Assembly (NCBI RefSeq): GCF_004010195.1
Contig: NC_057719.1
Location: 25,196,809-25,260,808, forward strand
Length of the DNA stretch: 64,000 bases
Direction of reading: 5' to 3'
Source: Chiloscyllium plagiosum
Lineage: Eukaryota
A program made the position numbers and the translations under genes. The first letter of the stretch is position 1. Each line of letters starts with the position of its first letter. Below the pieces are notes generated by a model that saw only the letters and a program-made list of their open reading frames with translations, searched no databases and was not told where the DNA came from. Of this stretch, positions 50,240-62,167 are shown one piece after another.

Positions 50240-51079
50240 AGAGAAATTTAGTACGTGAGAAAAAGAACTAGCTATCTAAGTATAGATACAATTAGTGAAC
50301 ACAGTCAAACAAAGTTTCAACTTGTTTCCCAACACCATCTGTTACAATGACTTGAGTGCAAATGTATTAAACCCCATCTCGAACCTTCTAAGTTTCTACT
50401 TAACTGAATCCTTACAGTTTTATTGCTGTGGACTTTGGACACAATTCAATAAGTCCGTTCTCAGTCTGCTAATATGAATTTTTCACAAATTTGATATTCT
50501 CAACTTTCTCAGTTCTTATAAGCTGCAGATTTCTAACCAAACTCTCCTGGTTAGGTAGAGTCTCAAACTAAATCCTTGTGCTGGGATAACTGTTCCCCTG
50601 AACTCCACTGAGAAGAAAAACTAAGGCCGTAAAATTAAAGTGTGCTATTTTCTGAACCAAATTTTAAAAGAAATGCTTAATTCTAGAATCTTCTGGACTC
50701 AACATAAAGCTAATGGTCTTCAGTGTTTATTCAACTTGTTGGAAATCCAACCATTTCAACATCTTTCCATTAACACCCGCAGGGCTTTGCAATCACCTGC
50801 TTTCTGACCAATACTGGATTTATGCCTGTTCTAGAAGGCACTCTGATTTTTGTTTTAAATAGCAAATGCTTCCAAGGTAACCAATACCCTCTTATTGCCT
50901 CTATTTTGAAATCCAAATCCAAAAATGATGTTTATTTCTATAGATTATGCACCCTTCATTCGATTCTTCATGCCGGAGGCATATAGATCATTTTTCCTTA
51001 GCCAGAATACCAAATTTGTCATCTTAAAATTTCCAATTTATCCTTTCAATTAGACTATAATCATTGACTGCTAAGGAGG

Positions 51080-51820
51080 TATAGTTAGTAAGTTTGCAGA
51101 TGGCACCAAAATTGGAGGTGTAGTGGACAGTGAAGAAGGTTACCTCAGATTACAATGCATTTTGGAAAGGCAAATCAGGACAGGACTTATACACTTAATG
51201 GTCAGGTCCTGTGGAGTGTTGCTGAACAAAGAGACCTTGGAATGCAGGTTTTTAGTTCCTTGAAAGTGGAGTCGCAGGTAGATAGGATAGTGAAGAAGGC
51301 ATTTACTGTGGTTTTCTTTATTGTTCAGACATGTTGGAAGGACATGTTATGGCTGTACAGGACATTTGTTAGGCCAGTTTTTGGAATATTGTGTGCTATT
51401 CAGGTCTCCCAGAAGGATGTTGCGAAACTTGAAAGGGTTCACAAAAGATTTACATGGATGTTGCCAGGCTTGAAGATGAATAGGCTGGGGCAGTTTTCTC
51501 TGGAGCATCGGATGCTGAGGAATGACCTAATAGAGATTTATAAAATCATAAGGGGCATGGATAGGGTTAGTAGACAAGGTCTTTTCCCCAGGGTGGGGAA
51601 GTTCAGAACTAGAGGACATAGGTTTAGGGTGAAGGGGAAAATTTTAAAAGGGGCCTAAGGGGTAACTTTTTCATGCAGAGGGTGGTGCCATTATGGAATG
51701 AGGCTGGTACAATTACAACATTTAAAAGACATCTGGATAGGTTCATGAATAGAGGGATATGGGCCAAGTGCTGCCAAATGGGACTAGATTAATTCCGTGG
51801 TGTACACCTTTGTGACTCTA
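51080..51820 (+). mobile_element. CR1 LINE 3' fragment with internal deletions
   Basis: ORF 51155..51658 MHFGKANQDRTYTLNG...EQRDLG...KLERVHKRFT. Confidence 0.88.
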
Positions 51821-51851
51821 TATGGAATGTTACTTAAGTAATGTGAGAAGA

Positions 51852-52040
51852 TTTGGAGATGCCGGTGTTGGACTGGAGTGTACAAAGTTAAAGATCACAC
51901 AACAGCAAGTTATGGTCCAACAGGTTTATTTAGAGACACTAACTTTCGGAGTGCTGCTCCTCGTCAGGTGATTGTCACAACCACCTGATGCAGGAGCAGC
52001 GATCCGAAAGCTAGTGCTTCCAAATAAACCTGTTGGACTG
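51852..52040. mobile_element. Palindromic PLE-derived element, family P3, hammerhead motifs on both strands
   Basis: gtccaacaggtttatt ... aataaacctgttggac inverted arms. - strand 51937-51970: CAC-CUGACGA-GGAG-CAGCA-CUCC-GAA-AGUU-A-GUG. + strand 51982-52016: CAC-CUGAUGC-A-GGAGC-AGC-GAUCC-GAA-AGCU-A-GUG. Confidence 0.82.
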
Positions 52041-52791
52041 TAAATAGGAAGGGTTAGGAAGGATTGGGCTGGGTGCTGGCAGGTGAGACTAGATTGGGTT
52101 GGGATATCTGGTCGGCATGGACGAGTTGGACTAAAGAATCTGTACATCTGTATGACTCTACTAAAGATCATAACACCATAATGTGACAGGTTTTTGTTGG
52201 CAGGATATGGAAACAAGATGCATAAACAGAGTTAAGGTACGGATCAACTGTGTTCAAGTTTGAATGTTAGTAGAAGTCCAAAGGGTTGAATGACTGAGAG
52301 TATTATTGCTTCTTCCCCAGTACTAGTTCTGATTAAAATCTTTCAGCAGCACCCTTTTGCTGCTGATCCATATTCACTGCTGTCTTTCTAGCAAACATAA
52401 TGTTGAAAAGCACAGTTATGACATCCAGTGGCAGGAATTTGGTGCAGCACCTTGTGTATTTGCTAGTTGACCTGGTCATTTTCCTTCTGCTTGACTTGAA
52501 CAGGAAGTGCAACAGGACTGTTGCACTCACATGAAATAAATTGCGTTCCTGACCTTTTCCTGAAATGCTATTAAAACTTGTCAAATGACACAGTGTGCGA
52601 TATTTAAACTTCAAACTTGATTGAATTTCTCAAAAATGTAATTCTGGACCAGTTAAAGTGTTTGGGGATGATGTCTGATAAATAAAGTTTACGGTTTAGC
52701 TTGAGCACCAGCCATATGACAATGTGCCTACTGTAACAACAGAAAATATTGGTAAATACTCAGCCGGTTGATAATTTGCTACTGATTGAAA

Positions 52792-53004
52792 CCTATCCCT
52801 CCAACCTCCTCTCCAACCTATCACCTTCATCCCCACCCTCATCAACCTATTGCATTCCCAGTTACCTTTCCCCCAGCCCCACCCTGCTCCCATTTATCTC
52901 TAAGCTCCCTTGGGCCACCTTCTATCGAGTTTATGCTGGATACATCGATTCTCCTGCTCCTCGGATGCTGCCTGACCGCCTGTGCTTTTCCAGCACCTCA
53001 CTCT
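52792..53004 (+). mobile_element. Longer P1-family 3' fragment: pyrimidine-rich upstream region, decayed core and arm
   Basis: C/T-rich stretch followed by tcgattctcctgctcctcggatgctgcctgacc...ttttccagcac. Confidence 0.7.
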
Positions 53005-53654
53005 TTGCATACTGACGAAATACTGCATGTAAATGGCCTTTTGCTCAGCCTAAAATATTTACTTCTGTTCCTTTTTCCACAGAAGCAGCCTGCCCTGCTG
53101 AGTACTTTTGCTATTTTTGAGTTTGAATCAAATTTCTACATCCACAGCATTTTGCTTTTGCATTGTTGCATGATAAGTAGAGGCTGCCACCAGTTCAAAG
53201 GAATGTAATGATGTCAGGGACAAGTTTGAGCCCTCGGCTAGTCTGCATTGTGCCTGAATGCTACAATTGTCAGCAGATGCCACCCTCAACCCCCCACTGC
53301 CCCCGACGCGCACACCGCTGCCCCCACGAGTTACAGAGAGAAAATTGTTTCATTATCTTCTCTGTCCACTCCTAACCTGACTGTCCTGCAGTTGGAATGG
53401 ATACTGAGTCCAAGGGACAGTACCAATTGCTAACATTTGTTGTCAAAACCCATGAGCAAATGTGAAACATGGAGATTCCCTCATCCCTCTGAACGCTGAT
53501 GCCTGTAGAAAAGCTGGCAAAGAGAAATAACGAAACACAAAACAGCTATTCCGACATTTCAAATAAATACATGCTCTAAATCAATTTAATCATGTTGGCG
53601 AATTAATAACCAATCAACAAAATATTACACCATGACCTTTAACAACGTATGTTG

Positions 53655-53740
53655 TTAAAAATCACACAACACCAGATTATAGTCCAACAGGTTTATTTGG
53701 AAGCACTAGCCTTCAGAGCACTGCTCCTTCATCAGGTAGC
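53655..53740 (-). mobile_element. Single-arm P3 element
   Basis: Homologous to 51888-51970; - strand core CUGAUGA-A-GGAGC-AGU-GCUCU-GAAG-GCUA-GUG (GAAA mutated). Confidence 0.8.
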
Positions 53741-54166
53741 TGTGAGACATGTTTGTTGTGATTGTGGACTTCACAGGTATGGTGTTTATACTAAAGTTCT
53801 GCCAGGAGGCAAATCATTGACATTGTTACCATGAGAACCCATGAGAAAGAAACACAAAATGATACTTATTGAAAGTCAAATGACAGTTTTTACTCCTATT
53901 GAAGGGAAAGAGTGAGTTGTCATTTGGGAGGGAGAGAGGTGCACAGGAAAAAAAGGTAATTTAATTTTAAGGTCTTCAGTTTAATTACAAAAGTGGATTG
54001 TTCAGCTTCTTTAGTATGTAAAGCTAATGATTAGAACAAAGAGGGATGTTTTGTTGTTACATAATTTGTAAAGACCAGGGAACTACTAGATGATGTGCAT
54101 CCAGGGTGCCATATTTACAGCTGCACTGTAGTCCAGTATCCAAACAAAAATAGGTCAGTTGACTAA

Positions 54167-54326
54167 TAGATTAGATTACTTAGTGTGGAAACAGGCCCTT
54201 TGGCCCAACAAGTCTACACCGACCCTCCGAAGAGCAACCCACCCAGACCCATTCCCCTATATTTACTTCTTCACTTAACACTATGGGCAATTTAGCATGG
54301 CCAGTTCACCTAATCTTCACATTTTT
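54167..54326 (-). mobile_element. HE1/V-SINE 3' fragment
   Basis: Tail plus 3' body. Confidence 0.8.
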
Positions 54327-54331
54327 GTGAC

Positions 54332-54652
54332 TTTATTATTATTATTTATTAGATTACAGTGTGGGAACAGGCCCTTCGGCCCAACAAGTCCACACCGACC
54401 CGCCGAAGCGAAACCCACCCATACCCCTACATTTACCCCTTACCTAACACTACAGGCAATTTAGTATGGCCAATTCACCTGACCCTGCACATCTTTGGAT
54501 GGTGGGAGGAAACCAGAGCACCCGGAGGAAACCCACGCAGACACGGGGAGAATGTGCAAATTCCACACAGACAGTTGCCCGAGGCGGGAATTGAACCTGG
54601 GTCTCTGGCGCTGTGAAGCAGCAGTGCTAACCACTGCGTCACCGTGCCACCC
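54332..54652 (-). mobile_element. Full-length HE1/V-SINE
   Basis: A box tgacgcagtgg and B box ggttcaattcc on -; highly similar to 36190-36522. Confidence 0.9.
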
Positions 54653-57193
54653 AAATGGAGACCTGTAAGAAGTACCACTTGAATCTCCAGCATTTTCAGT
54701 CCCCAAGTGTGATTACCCAGATCATACCTGGGAGCTGGAGGTTAGGTAGCCACAAAGTCTTGACGGTTTTAAGGTATTTATGAGATAACGTGGGGACCAT
54801 TTCCCTTACTGATCCTGCAGGAATATTGCAGTATGCTGACATAAAGAAATGAAATCCTCTATTTATATTTTTTGTACTGAGCAATCTGGCTATCAATGAC
54901 TGGTATCATTTGTGGAATAGGTGTTTTGAAGAGTTTCAATTTGGCCTAACAATAGGGAGTGGCATTTGCAAGATATCCAATGTGTCATTCACATCCGTTT
55001 GGGGGTCACTGAAGGAGATCTACAAAGGTAATAGGCAGTGAGTGAGAGAAAGCGGAGAAAGTGTGACTGAGAGCTGTTAGGAGTGCTACAGTTAGCGCTG
55101 GGAAGGCAGTCGCACTTTCACAATTTCTGTGAGGGACTTTGAGAGGAATCAAGACCAGTTGCGAGATCTCTGCTGTTAGACATCAGGGCAAAATTCTTGG
55201 AATTAACAGGCAGCCAAATATTGGAGTCAGAACCTGAGGAGCTGAGAAAGTGTGACTGTCAACTCTCCTGTGTTAGGTGAAGCCAGAAAGAAGACTGCAA
55301 GCATTAATGTTTCAGTGCAGCTGAGTGAGTGAGGATTCAAAAGCTCACAGTCAGTATTTGATTGATGCTTGAAGGAGCAAATGCTGGGGTAGGACAGTGT
55401 CAATGGAGACTGTAAGCACAGGAAGGAAGGTGATCAACCAGAACAGGCGCAGTCTTTGAGGCAGGCCATGATACGGCAATTTATGAGAGGAGGTTCCAAA
55501 GCCGAATGAACAAAACTGAAAAATTGTAAACCTTTGTCATGTTTAATGAGATTTGATGATCCACTGTGCCATTTAACATTTGGAGTGAATTGCTGTGAAA
55601 TTGTGGGAGTTGGCTTGATCACATTTGTTAATTAAAGGGTACTGTGGCTGGTCAATCACAGGCTTATTACCCATATTCACCAGAAATTAATATTAGAATG
55701 CAATTTGTGCATGTGTTGCAGATTACATTAATGTACTAATTTTTTACACTGAAGTTTACTGTTTGTTCAAAACTCTGAAATCTAGTGGCTTTTTCCCTCT
55801 TAGTAAATACTCAGGTTTCATATTTTATCAACTTTATACATTTAAAAAAAATTACAGGTTCCAAGCCAGATTGTAGCATAAATTTGGTGGACCTGGCACT
55901 CCTTGTCTTGCATGGAATGTTCAGTAAGAAAATGTTGGTGCAGTATGTGTGTACATTCATTAGCCTTGAACTCAAAATCCTAGGCATTCACCCAATTTGC
56001 TGCTACTTCCTGCACAATCATGCTAAACCACCTTTGGTTTGCTAGTTTTCAGTTGTGTATCTTATGCTGCCTTGATTATTTTTGAAAATCTTTTTGTTTA
56101 AGTTCATAAGAAAAGCAGACAGAAATGTAATGGAATCTGATATACAGATCAGACTATCGTTATAACCGTAATAGTCAAGCCACAGATCATTGTTTACAGC
56201 GATCGGTGGGGTTCAGATTTAGTCACTTTATATTCACAGGAGTACAACCTCCATTATTGAAGGCATTTGCTTCACTTGTCACATTGCAAATTTATGCATT
56301 TGAGCATTAGATATTCGTATTACTAATGTATCAGTAATTTTCTTGATTTTATTTGTGCCAGAATATTCGTGTATGACCTTGATCTTAGTATTTTTCTTCA
56401 CACAAACTACCCAGTTTGATCTCACTCTCTGCTTTATTCAGCAATTTAGCCACAGAGTTTGGGAATTTAGTGAAAGATGTGGTTTGGGACAGAACAAATT
56501 GATGTAATAGAAGTTCAAGAAATGAACAACGAATCAGAAAAATATTAAAGTAATGAGTTCCCCGTTGCAGTGGAAAAGTGAAAGGCATTCAAATACATAA
56601 ATCCATTAAATGGCAATATGCCTGTGTCTTATGTACACCCTGTTGGTCAGGATCATTTTGTGGACCTCATTCTGACTCAGACCGTTGTTCCCTGTCTGAA
56701 TAATTTGATAGTACTCAACTTCATAATTGCATTAAAATGATACCTAGGCTGCTGGTAACAAATCACTTCCATTTTCCCACCAGGTTGTTAAATGTGGAAA
56801 TGCACCATTCTCTCACACTGAGCTCTGCAAATCAGCCAAAGGCTGTTCTAAATTTTAATTGAATTTTTAATGTTTTAAATTTTTTACTGCACAATGACCC
56901 TCCAGTGGTATTATGTAAGACTTGGTGTCAACCAGTAAGCGTACAGTGTGTTGACACTCCAGGCATCATTTCGTTTGCCCCTCTGCCAACCAAGTGCTTC
57001 AGCTTTTATCAAAATTTGAAGGGATTATCACAGCAGCCCTTCTTTTGCTTCATTTGCCCAGTTCTTTGGGGAACAGTCATGCTCTAGCCTGGTGTTTGTG
57101 TTCGTAACAAGTGCAGCCTGCCAATGATCTGGAAGAGGGAAGCAATGTTTCAAAGCAAAAATGAAATCTTTTCAATTTGTCCTTGTCTTGTAG

Positions 57194-57319
57194 CTGGACC
57201 TGGAGAAACCAATCGAGGAGCAGGGACCACTTGATGTTATAATCCACAAACTGACTGATGTCATTCTGGAGGCGGACCAAAACGATGCCCAGTCCCAGCA
57301 ACTGGTGCAGAGGTTTCAG
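57194..57319 (+). CDS. ITPK1: ITPK1 internal coding exon (126 bp, phase 0/0): LDLEKPIEEQGPLDVIIHKLTDVILEADQNDAQSQQLVQRFQ
   Basis: Pyrimidine tract plus acceptor (ccttgtcttgtag) before, gtgagg donor after. Translation matches the vertebrate ITPK1 segment I recall as LNLSRPIEEQGPLDVIIHKLTDVILEADQNDSQSLELVHRFQ. Not in the ORF track. Confidence 0.96.
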
Positions 57320-59604
57320 GTGAGGACACTATGCGGGCACGTGCGCGCGCACACACAATGGGAGATTCCCTGTTAACATTGAAGGGGGGGGGTGGGTCAG
57401 CAGTTTGTGCATCACCTCTGCCCCAGCCTGGATTGTCATCCCTCCAGGAATAGCCTGGAAGTCTCCAGGAGTTCAGCCTAATCTCTGGATGTGGCTGTGA
57501 ACAATCCTGGTGGCATCATTGGAGCAATGAAGAAAATGATTTTCTTTTTTTTTCCTTTGAATATTTTGGAGTTTAACACTTACCAAAGAAAGATGGAGAT
57601 AAGAAAGGCTGTTTAGCTATCAAGATTAGTGGGGGTGGGTGTGGGGCTAGTGAATGGGTTGTTGGTTGTTGCAGGGGGGGTGTCTATATGTGTGTGGTAA
57701 CTGGAGACATAAATAAATCACAAAGAAAATAGTCAACCAGAGTTGATAACCCTAACCCCATTCCAAAATAGAAGCAACCTGGTGGTCTCTTGTCCCTTTA
57801 TGTTTAATAACATTCACACCAGGACTATTACACCTGAGTAGAAAGGCAAATAAAGGCACATGCATACGGTCACTGCCTTATTCTGATTTTAATGGGCAGC
57901 ACATGAAAAATGCACTTTTCATCACTGTTTGCTTATAGCCGGTGTTGTCTTTGAAGTTGACACCTACAGTCCTCTAAGCTGAGCAGCCATGCACAAGTTG
58001 GCATCTTTATATTTTCATAAACGCATAACACCCAAAGAAATTTAAAGGCCTAAACAGTTAAAGAAATTGTCTGGTTCCTCTCAAAAAGAGGAGAAGCATT
58101 CATAATTGAGAGGAAGGGAAACTGGCTTTGCAGTTATGCTTTTAATTGAGGGATAACAGTAGCTAGTGACATCTATTGAAACATGTCTCTCTTGGTTAGG
58201 GCTTTCCACTACAGAGTGGCACGGCCTGTAGCTGGACGGTCTGTTTGCTATTGGCATTCCTTTGGTTTAAAATGAAAATATTTTAAATTGAGCAGCGAGC
58301 ATTTAAAAAGGCCCATGTCAAAAGAGAATTGCAGTTTTAAAAGCAAAGCACAGCTGGATTCATTTACTGTTATAGCACATCAATCTAATAAAATATCATT
58401 TTAATGAAACTTGATGCTTCTATGAATAATTCAGTACTATGCTAAGTGGTGGAAGGACAAATAACCAATAATTAATTAGATTTGTCCATAATTTACTTTT
58501 CCAAGTTATCTTTATGACTCATTGGCGTGAGGAAATGTGCTTGGCTACCTCCCATGTTCTGCTGCTTCTGAAGACATTGATTCCCCATTGGACGTGATTC
58601 TGGAGTATCAGTCCTCCCTCTTGCTTGTCTAGCTGGCTGATATTCATGTGTTGAGACTAGATTATGTGTTTTGAGGCCTCTCAGCTGTAAGAAAGGCCAC
58701 AGTCAAGCCTCCATTGCCAGATGTTCAGACACCTGACAGCCACCTGACAGCACCCAGGTAGTTCCCAATGCCAAAGCACAGAGAACCATTTTAGCCTTAG
58801 TGCCCAACTAGCTGAGGTCAGCTATTTATGATCTACTTAGCCCAACAGTGAATTAGCTTTATTGTCACATGTACTCGATAAGTACACTTAAAAGTTTACA
58901 AGTCGCCACTTACAGTGCTATCTTAGATACAAGGTATCTACAGATTCTTCAGCACAATTTCCTGGGAAAGCAAATTAGAAAAATAAAGAAATATGAAGTC
59001 CAACTTTATAGATCATCCGAATAAATTACAAAATAGAGAATTAAGAAGTTCAGAACAACCGTCCTTCAAACCCAGTTCATGCTAGCACCAAGCCTCCAGT
59101 CCGTACCTGGCCTTGACCCAAGACCGCGCTGGGTTTCAACTTGAGGCTGTTGAGGCTGGCATACTGCTCTGGAATCACCTTTGAAGTCCAGATTTTTATA
59201 GTCTTCATTTCTTTATGATCCACTTTAGAGATGAATTGGTGACCCAACAGTGTATTATCGCTATTTAGTGTAAATCTAGTGCCAGTTTAACAAAAATGTT
59301 TTCTCTTTCGCATAAAGAAAATCATTAATTATGATCTTTCTGTTTATAGATTGTGTAAAGGTTTGACACATATGTCTGTCCAATAACTATTTCAACTCTT
59401 ACTCCCCCTCTTCATCTTCTCACCACTGCCTCTACCACCACTAACATTCATCTTCTTTCAATAACAGCAACTATGTGATCTAGTTCCTCCCAATATCTTC
59501 AGATTTTAATTTTATCTTCCATAAGTTTGCTGAGCTGTCTTGTTTATTCAGTCACGCAGTAAATCTCTGACTCCATGTTGTTTATTTGAGCGTTTCACTT
59601 TAAC

Positions 59605-60078
59605 GTGGAGAAAGTGAGAACTGCAGATGCTGGCAATCAGAGTCGAGAGTGGGTTGCTGGAAAAGTACGGCAGGTCAGGCAGCATCTAAGGAGCTGGCTC
59701 TTGCCTAAAATCAACATTTTAGGCAAGAGCCCTTCATCAGGAATGAGGCTTGTGAGCCAAGGGACCCCCCTCCCCCTTGACTCTCTAGCCTCATCCCTGA
59801 TGAAGGGCTTTTGCCCGAAACGTTAGTTCTCCTGCTCCTCGGATGCTGCCTGAGTGGGTTGCTGGAAAAGTACGGCAGGTCAGGCAGCATCTAAGGAGCT
59901 GGCTCTTGCCTAAAATCAACATTTTAGGCAAGAGCCCTTCATCCGGAATGAAGCTTGTGAGCCAAGGGACCCCCCTCCCCCTTGACTCTCTAGCCTCATC
60001 CCTGATGAAGGGCTTTTACCCGAAACGTTAGTTCTCCTGCTCCTCGGATGCTGCCTGACCTGTGCTTTTCCAGTACAC
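59605..60078. mobile_element. P1 element with internal 205-bp tandem duplication
   Basis: Units 59647-59851 and 59852-60056 differ at 3 positions; 9-bp TSD cactttaac at 59596-59604 and 60079-60087. Confidence 0.9.
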
Positions 60079-60694
60079 CACTTTAACACAGACACCACTC
60101 TGATTTATTGCTTGATATTGCTTCCCCACTTGGCTGCTGCATTTAGCAGTTTAGAGGTTTCTGATCTATCTGTTCAGACATGCTATTACACACCTCTGGA
60201 GCAAGTGGGCCTTCAACCTGGACTTTATGACCCAGACCCAGAGGGACACTATCTCTGAGCCACAGGAGCCCTTACATTGTACTTTTTTTTTGTCCAAAAC
60301 AAATAGAAAATATCCTAAGTACAATTTTTTTTTTATTGTTTTCCCTACGATCTGTGTGGTTTTCTCCTTCCTGTACCTTCTCTTTATAAAATCAAGTGTT
60401 TGCTCCTAATTCAATGTCTTCTTTCCCTGAGGGAGCTGAGAAAAAAACAGGTTTTTGTGATCAAAAGCGGCTATTGCTTTTTACACAGCTCACCGGGATA
60501 TCTGCCAGTTAATGTAGAGGGACAGAAATTCAGTCAAACTCAATATTTCCTGCTCGAACGTGCAGCTTGGAGGCAATTCCCCCTTGGTGTGATGTTCAGA
60601 CTTGTAGTTTTGCCTATTCTGGTTATTGCTGCACCCTGTGGTCCTGTATCAACATTTGTTATTGTTCTAATTCATTGACAGGACGAGGCTGTCA

Positions 60695-60970
60695 GCAGCA
60701 TCCTTAATTGGCTAAAGGACAGTTGAGAATCAACCACACATTGCTGTGGGTTTGGAGTCCCATGTAGGCCAGACTAGGAGAGATTGGCAGATTTCCTTGG
60801 CAGAAGGACATTAGTGAACCAGTTGTTTTTTTTCCAACAATCGACAATGTTTTTATGGTTGTCAGTAGATTCTTAATTCCAGATTTTTAAAAAATTGAAT
60901 CCAGATTCGACCATGAGCTGAGTTTCTGGATTATTAGTCTAGCGATAATATCACTAGGCCATTGCCTCCC
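60695..60970 (-). mobile_element. tRNA-derived SINE (second family)
   Basis: Reverse complement of the family at 34105-34400. Confidence 0.75.
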
Positions 60971-61184
60971 TGTTAAACACATTATGGCACTCATGCTCTC
61001 CTGTTTCCCCATTCCTTTGACGAACTCTCTCAAGCACCACTGGCCTCTATGCAGAGTTCTTTTCCTATTTTCCCATTCCCATTGACTGCTGAATGTCTTT
61101 TCTTCCTTCTCTTTAATGGTTTCTGAGAATCACCTTCCTCTTCTGCCCAGTCCCAACCTGGTCTGTTCTACAATGCCAAATGGG

Positions 61185-61530
61185 AGATGATGATGATGAA
61201 GTGTTAATGTCGGTAGCCCAGAGGCTAATGCCCTGGGGTCATAGGGTTCTAGTCTCACCATTCAATTAATTAAGAATTTAAAAGAACAAAATTCCAGAAT
61301 TGAAATCCAGGCAGTCGTAATGGTAACCATGAAACTCATTGGCTGTCATTAAAAATTCATCTGGTTCACTGAGAAAGAAATCTGCCATCCTGACTTGTTC
61401 TGGTTTGCATGTGACTCTCGACTGCCTTCTGATTTATGACCGAGCAAGCTAGTCAGATGTAACAATGCAGGCTGTGCTACAAATGCTGGCATTACTAGTG
61501 ATACCTACACCGATCAAATAAAAATTAAAA
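61185..61530 (+). mobile_element. tRNA-derived SINE (second family), older copy
   Basis: ccatgaaact...catctggttcact...gaaatctgccatcct...catgtgactc...aaatgctggc. Confidence 0.65.
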
Positions 61531-62049
61531 ATGTTTTGATGCCAAGAGTTTCAGTTTGTACTTTGCTGCAATCCTGTTAGTTTCAAGACTGAGTTCTTCA
61601 AGCATCATATTGAGTCTTGAGTACCTGAACTGTCAGTTATGTTATCTCGTTGTGCTGAACCATAGACTGAAGGCCCAAGTCTGCCCACTGACGCAAATGT
61701 TGTTAGATGATCTGAATAATAGAACTGCTTCAACTGGCCTTGGCACCCTGACGAAACTTGGCCATTTTCCATGTATGAGTGTATCCTTCTGAAGGTGCAC
61801 ATCAAGATATTTCCAGTGATTTGCCAACTCTTGCTCACCATTTGGGACTTAATGATGAGCGTGTGCTACCAAACGGCCACTCCTTGAGCAATTCAAAGGA
61901 GGAAATGTGGGACTAAAATGGGCATCAAGAAGCAGGCAACTTTTAGGGAAGGATATTGACTTGTCAGGGGTGAGGATGTGGGGCAATCACTATTGGAAGG
62001 CATGAAATGTTGTGGAATAAGTGCTGAACTATCGTGTCTGTACTTTCAG

Positions 62050-62167
62050 GATTATATTGATGCCCACCCAGAAACCATCATTCTGGACCCACTGCCTGCA
62101 ATCAGGACCCTCCTGGACAGATGCAGGTCATATGAACTGATCCGTAGACTTGAAAGCTACATGCAAG
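62050..62167 (+). CDS. ITPK1: ITPK1 next internal coding exon (118 bp, phase 0/1): DYIDAHPETIILDPLPAIRTLLDRCRSYELIRRLESYMQ
   Basis: Acceptor tctgtactttcag, donor gtatat. Continues in frame from the previous exon (RFQ|DYIDAHPE). Matches the ITPK1 motif YIDAHPETIVLDPLPAIRTLLDR. Contained in ORF 61978..62193. Confidence 0.96.

Larger units (their letters stand above)
57320..62049 (+). other. ITPK1: ITPK1 intron (4730 bp, GT-AG)
   Basis: Lies between the two in-frame exons; begins gtgagg, ends ttcag. Confidence 0.92.

Noticed and set aside
55070..55880. Possible solo LTR (also 40060-40360)
   Set aside because: Composition is suggestive, but I could not identify TG...CA ends with a TSD, PBS or PPT.
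57428..57752. Possible hAT-type MITE just downstream of the first exon
   Set aside because: Putative TIRs are too degenerate and no 8-bp TSD is visible.
59647..60056. CRISPR-like or satellite array
   Set aside because: Only two units, no unique spacers, eukaryotic context.
6301..60087. Recurring short ORFs with LLLGCCLTCCAFPA or VLEKHSRSGSIRGAG as a possible Cys-rich peptide family
   Set aside because: They are translations of the non-coding P1 arm on either strand; starts, stops and frames differ between copies.
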